From Nitrospira sp. (GTDB lineage: Bacteria > Nitrospirota > Nitrospiria > Nitrospirales > Nitrospiraceae), in contig AP038806.1 in NCBI GenBank assembly GCA_047150005.1, forward strand, positions 2,080,001 to 2,144,000: DNA of 64,000 nt, given 5' to 3'. The notes beneath the pieces were generated by a model. It saw only the letters and a list, made by a program, of their open reading frames with translations. It searched no databases and was not told the origin of the DNA. This document shows positions 58,070 to 64,000 of the stretch, piece after piece (the stretch's first letter is position 1; every line of letters begins with the position of its first letter). The position numbers and the translations under genes are program-made.

Positions 58070-58134
58070 GCGGGTGACGGCGACCTGGGCGCCCAGCCGC
58101 CTGCAGCGGGGCCCCACACCGGGCGGGGTGCGAA
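58070..58134 (-). repeat. Dispersed GC-rich repeat, copy 3 (nuoA-nuoB spacer, inverted)
   Basis: Reverse complement reads TTCGCACCCCGCCCGGTGTGGGGCCCCGCTGCAGGCGGCTGGGCGCCCAGGTCGCCGTCACCCGC. Confidence 0.8.
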
Positions 58135-58165
58135 GCCGGCTGGGTTGGTCGGCGGCAGGACCCGC

Positions 58166-58537
58166 TCAGTCCCATTCGAGCGCCCCCTTCTTCCATGCAT
58201 ACCAGAGTCCTACCAAGAGAATCCCGATGAACACCAGCATTTCCACCAGGCCCAGGAGCCCCAACGATTGAAACCGCACGGCCCAGGGCAGGATGAAGAT
58301 CACCTCGATATCAAAGATCACGAACAGCATGGCGATGATGTAGTAGCGCATCGGGAACTGAATACGGGCATCGGAAAACAGCGGGCTGCCGCTTTCATAA
58401 GGGCTGAGCTTGGCGCGATACGGCCGGCTCGGCCGGACGAGGCGCCCGGCGAGCAGCGAGACGGCGCCGAACGCCATCGCGATTCCGATGAACAGCAGGA
58501 TCGGAAGATAGTTTGTGGGGACCGATTCGCTTCCCAT
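58166..58537 (-). CDS. nuoA: NADH-quinone oxidoreductase subunit A
   Basis: KLSPYESG, YYIIAMLFVIFDIE and WKKGALEW. Confidence 0.95.
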   Translation of the reverse strand: MGSESVPTNYLPILLFIGIAMAFGAVSLLAGRLVRPSRPYRAKLSPYESGSPLFSDARIQFPMRYYIIAMLFVIFDIEVIFILPWAVRFQSLGLLGLVEMLVFIGILLVGLWYAWKKGALEWD

Positions 58538-58560
58538 ATTCCCTCGTTACCGCTGCTGCG

Positions 58561-59787
58561 TCACCGGCGCATCTCGATCGTGTCCGCGCGGACGGGGACT
58601 TCGTAGCGACGCCGGCCCGTTGCCGTCAGCGCCGAGCCGAAGAACGGCTTGAAGGTCAATCCGTCGAGTTGCGGTTCCGCCATGGCCTTGTGCTGCACCA
58701 AAATCTTGAAGGTCCGGCCCATGCCGTTGGGTTGGAGGAGATGCAGGGCGGCGAAAAACTCCGGGCTTTCCGGTTCGAGCCGGCTGATCATCTCCTCGAC
58801 GCCCAGGCCCATAAGAAAACTCATCTGGTTGGTGAAGCCCGTCAAAGACAGTCCCGCGTCCTGTCCCATCAGGGCTAGACTGGTGAAGTCGACGTGAGAG
58901 GTCATGTCCTGAAGCCCGACGCGTGTATAGGGATCCTCGGACGTCAGCTGCGAGTGATAACAGAGCAACGTGCCTTTGGCGCGATCCGATCCGTACAGAT
59001 CCTGGGCGGAGTGCCCATAGTCGATGGTGAGGACTGCTCCGCGGGAAAGGCTACCGGCCACGCGGGCCATCCAGTCGAGTGCGCGCAGATTGATTTCGGT
59101 GCGATAGCCTTCCGGCAGGACAAGGTCGAGGCGCGCCAAATAGCCGGCCAGCGCCGGATCCGACAACGGCCGGAGACATTCGACGAACCGGCCATCGTGG
59201 TGGTCCACGAAGAGTTCCGTGAGGACCCCTCCGGAGACCTCGATCCGATGAACGGGAAATGCGTCGACCAGCTCGTTGCTGAACATCACACCCACCGTGC
59301 CGTCATGCGGGAGACCGTCGAGATCCGCGACCCAGGTGACCAGCCCGTCCCGCTCCAACCAGGGTTGAAGGTGGTGTTGCTGGAGGGCGCGCATCGCAGG
59401 GCTTCGTTCGACCAAGACGTAGCGCAGGCGCGGTCCCAACGCGCCGGATCCCTCCCCATGACAAGCGGACAGGAAATGTGCGGCCAATAGGCCCTTGCCT
59501 GGTCCCATTTCAACGACTGTGAAGGGATCGGGATGTCCGAGGAGTACGTCGATCTGTTCCGCTTGTCTGGCCAGCGCCTGCCCGAGAATGGGATGGACGT
59601 CCGAGCTTGTGTAGAAGTCGCCGGACCACCCGATCCGCTCCGTACCGACTTCGGGCGGGCGCATGTAGTACCCATATTGCGGATGATAGAGTGCGAGGTC
59701 CATGAATCGGACGAAGGGTATGGGACCCGACGAGGCGATCTCCGAGACGATGGCAGCCGTGAGCTGTGGATGGCCTGTGAGTGTCAC
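58561..59787 (-). CDS. MidA/NDUFAF7-family SAM-dependent methyltransferase
   Basis: FMDLALYHPQYGYY, GDFYTS, VEMGPGKG, SNELVDAFP, IDYG and QDMTSHVDF. GTG at 59787 has an AAGGAG SD; the alternative start is 59880. Confidence 0.88.
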   Translation of the reverse strand: MTLTGHPQLTAAIVSEIASSGPIPFVRFMDLALYHPQYGYYMRPPEVGTERIGWSGDFYTSSDVHPILGQALARQAEQIDVLLGHPDPFTVVEMGPGKGLLAAHFLSACHGEGSGALGPRLRYVLVERSPAMRALQQHHLQPWLERDGLVTWVADLDGLPHDGTVGVMFSNELVDAFPVHRIEVSGGVLTELFVDHHDGRFVECLRPLSDPALAGYLARLDLVLPEGYRTEINLRALDWMARVAGSLSRGAVLTIDYGHSAQDLYGSDRAKGTLLCYHSQLTSEDPYTRVGLQDMTSHVDFTSLALMGQDAGLSLTGFTNQMSFLMGLGVEEMISRLEPESPEFFAALHLLQPNGMGRTFKILVQHKAMAEPQLDGLTFKPFFGSALTATGRRRYEVPVRADTIEMRR

Positions 59788-59896
59788 AGGGTCAGAGGCT
59801 CCTTTTTTGAGAACGGCCGCTCCGGCGACGGCTCTCGGGTAGACACCAATACCCGACGGGTAAACCTCACCCGTCACCACAAGAAAAGAGGGGGCT

Positions 59897-59926
59897 AGAG
59901 TAGCCGTTGGAAGTACGCTAAGTCAA
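59897..59926 (-). promoter_or_regulatory. Candidate promoter of the methyltransferase-nuo operon
   Basis: Minus strand reads TTGACT-18 bp-TACTCT. Confidence 0.45.
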
Positions 59927-60091
59927 GGTGATTTCAGGCGGAAAGTGTCGTCTCATCGACACGGAGACTTCCTGGCTTGCCTGAGGGCTCCAGCGTCCGG
60001 TTTGTCTTCCATGCTGTAAGCTGCCAAGGCTCTTCCTTAGGCCGCCTCTCCAGGTTCAACCTTGCGGCAATTCGGGCACCGTTCCGTCGAG

Positions 60092-60201
60092 CGACCGTGT
60101 CTCGCGTCTCGCGAGTGACATCGATGTTCGCAGGTCCGTTCATGCTTTGCATGGAACGGACCCAGTTTCGATGTCAAACAGTCGCGAGATGAGAACGGTC
60201 G
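60092..60201. other. 110-nt interrupted hairpin downstream of secA
   Basis: Nested arms CGACCGT/ACGGTCG, TCTCGCGA/TCGCGAGA, TGACATCGA/TCGATGTCA, GGTCCGTTC/GAACGGACC and ATGC/GCAT. Confidence 0.75.
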
Positions 60202-60240
60202 AATTGACGTGTGGGAGAGAGGCGGTGCAGCGGTCCTACC

Positions 60241-62961
<2,721 letters not shown>

Positions 62962-63164
62962 GCTCGATCCCAGGCCCGGTGCCAGGCGCGGTGCTAATGG
63001 GTTGCGACGGTCGAACGTATGATTGAGGTCGAAGGCCGTCTCGCAGTATACAGTAAACATTTTCCGAATCCTATCGGGATTCGAGCCTGACCGCCCACGT
63101 TGTCTTGACTCCTCCTCGACACATCCCGTAACATTCGAGCAGCCACCTCAGGATTGAACGGCAG

Positions 63165-63488
63165 ATGACCTCCCGAACCACATCCAGGCTCGTTGCGCAA
63201 TGCGTAGCGTGGCTGGTGGTTTTTTGTGTCCTCACGGTGGGAGGCCTGGCGTCCGCGCAGTCGATCTCCCACGAGTCCCAGCACGCACACCATCAGAAGG
63301 CCACTCACAGTACGGCACTCTGTTCCTGGATGTGTGCGGCCGGGTCCGTGCTTGACAGCGTATCCGCTCCCGCTCTGGCCGAACACTCGCCGGTCGCTCT
63401 CGTCGAAGAGTTCGTCCCTCAGACCGTTCCTTCCACGGCCGTGCAGGTCGTGACGTCCCGCGGACCTCCCGTACACGCCGTCGTCTAA
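63165..63488 (+). CDS. DUF2946-like (CruR/CutF-like) exported metal-binding leader protein
   Basis: N-terminal hydrophobic signal, His-rich HESQHAHH..H, CSWMC and a near-terminal RGPP. Confidence 0.7.
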   Translation: MTSRTTSRLVAQCVAWLVVFCVLTVGGLASAQSISHESQHAHHQKATHSTALCSWMCAAGSVLDSVSAPALAEHSPVALVEEFVPQTVPSTAVQVVTSRGPPVHAVV

Positions 63489-63617
63489 CGCAACCACCTC
63501 ATAGCGACTGAAATCTGAACCGTTTTGTGCCGGTTCAGGGCCAGCGCCTGAGATGAGGATTCACCATGGATATGATCAATCGTTCCGGCGTGCGTACCCA
63601 GACGGAGGGTAAGGATT

Positions 63618-64000
63618 GTGGAGCGCATATGGATTGCCAGACAGATGAGGCGGTTCCCCGGGTTTGTTCGGGCGATCGTCTTCACAGGAATCGTAGGAAT
63701 GACGACCTGGATACCGCAAGCCGAAGCTTCCTGCGGGGCGGTGTCGTGTTTCGTCACGATCGGATCTCAGCAACAGGTTGCGCAGGAAGGGATTCTGACG
63801 CTCAACGGGATTTACAGTTACACGCCGATGCGTGTGCTGCCCGGAACAAACGGAGTGATTCCGGGCGTCGATACGCCTGAGCGGCAGATGATCTTGGACC
63901 ATCATCAGGAGACCAGGACCATCACGCAGATGGCAACGTTGGATCTTAATTACGGAATCACGGAGCGGTGGGGGCTACAAATTACGATCCCCTACATGTG
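63618..64000 (+). CDS. Exported protein, probable outer-membrane beta-barrel transporter (partial)
   Basis: Frame is open from GTG 63618 to the window end, with GGAGG/AAGGA upstream. Signal ends AEA, followed by SCGAVSC and LDLNYGITERWGLQITIPY alternating strands. Confidence 0.6.
   Translation, partial: MERIWIARQMRRFPGFVRAIVFTGIVGMTTWIPQAEASCGAVSCFVTIGSQQQVAQEGILTLNGIYSYTPMRVLPGTNGVIPGVDTPERQMILDHHQETRTITQMATLDLNYGITERWGLQITIPYM

Noticed and set aside
13468..58134. CRISPR array
   Set aside because: The repeats are dispersed singletons or 7-mer tandems. There is no repeat-spacer periodicity and no cas gene.
60092..60201. SRP RNA or 6S RNA
   Set aside because: It lacks the SRP GGAA-loop/AGCAG domain IV motif, and it is too short and lacks the large central bubble of 6S.

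Overview
GC-rich bacterial chromosome segment. Gene content and the intergenic heptamer repeats suggest Nitrospira/Nitrospirota; this is an inference, not a database result. About 0.4-21 kb is an accessory defence/repair patch: four toxin-antitoxin loci, a type III restriction-modification system followed by a GHKL ATPase, an insertion-domain-less UvrA, a PIF1 helicase, AAA and HerA-like ATPases, and a strip of pseudogenes. About 21-35 kb is a signalling island and the most notable part of the window. It holds convergent luxI and luxR with a canonical 20-bp lux box in the divergent region shared by luxI and a four-gene run of two DosS/DosR-like kinase/regulator pairs (the first kinase has no evident sensor domain). 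A FadL-type channel lies divergent from luxR, and a lipoprotein plus two patatin genes lie further downstream. About 35-63 kb is housekeeping: uvrC, dapF, a complete nuoA-N operon headed by an NDUFAF7/MidA-like methyltransferase, and secA. The window ends with a His/Cys-rich RGPP-ending upstream ORF ahead of a probable outer-membrane protein. At least four families of small repeats or palindromic elements occur, some inserted in frame inside genes. All product calls come from motif recognition by eye.
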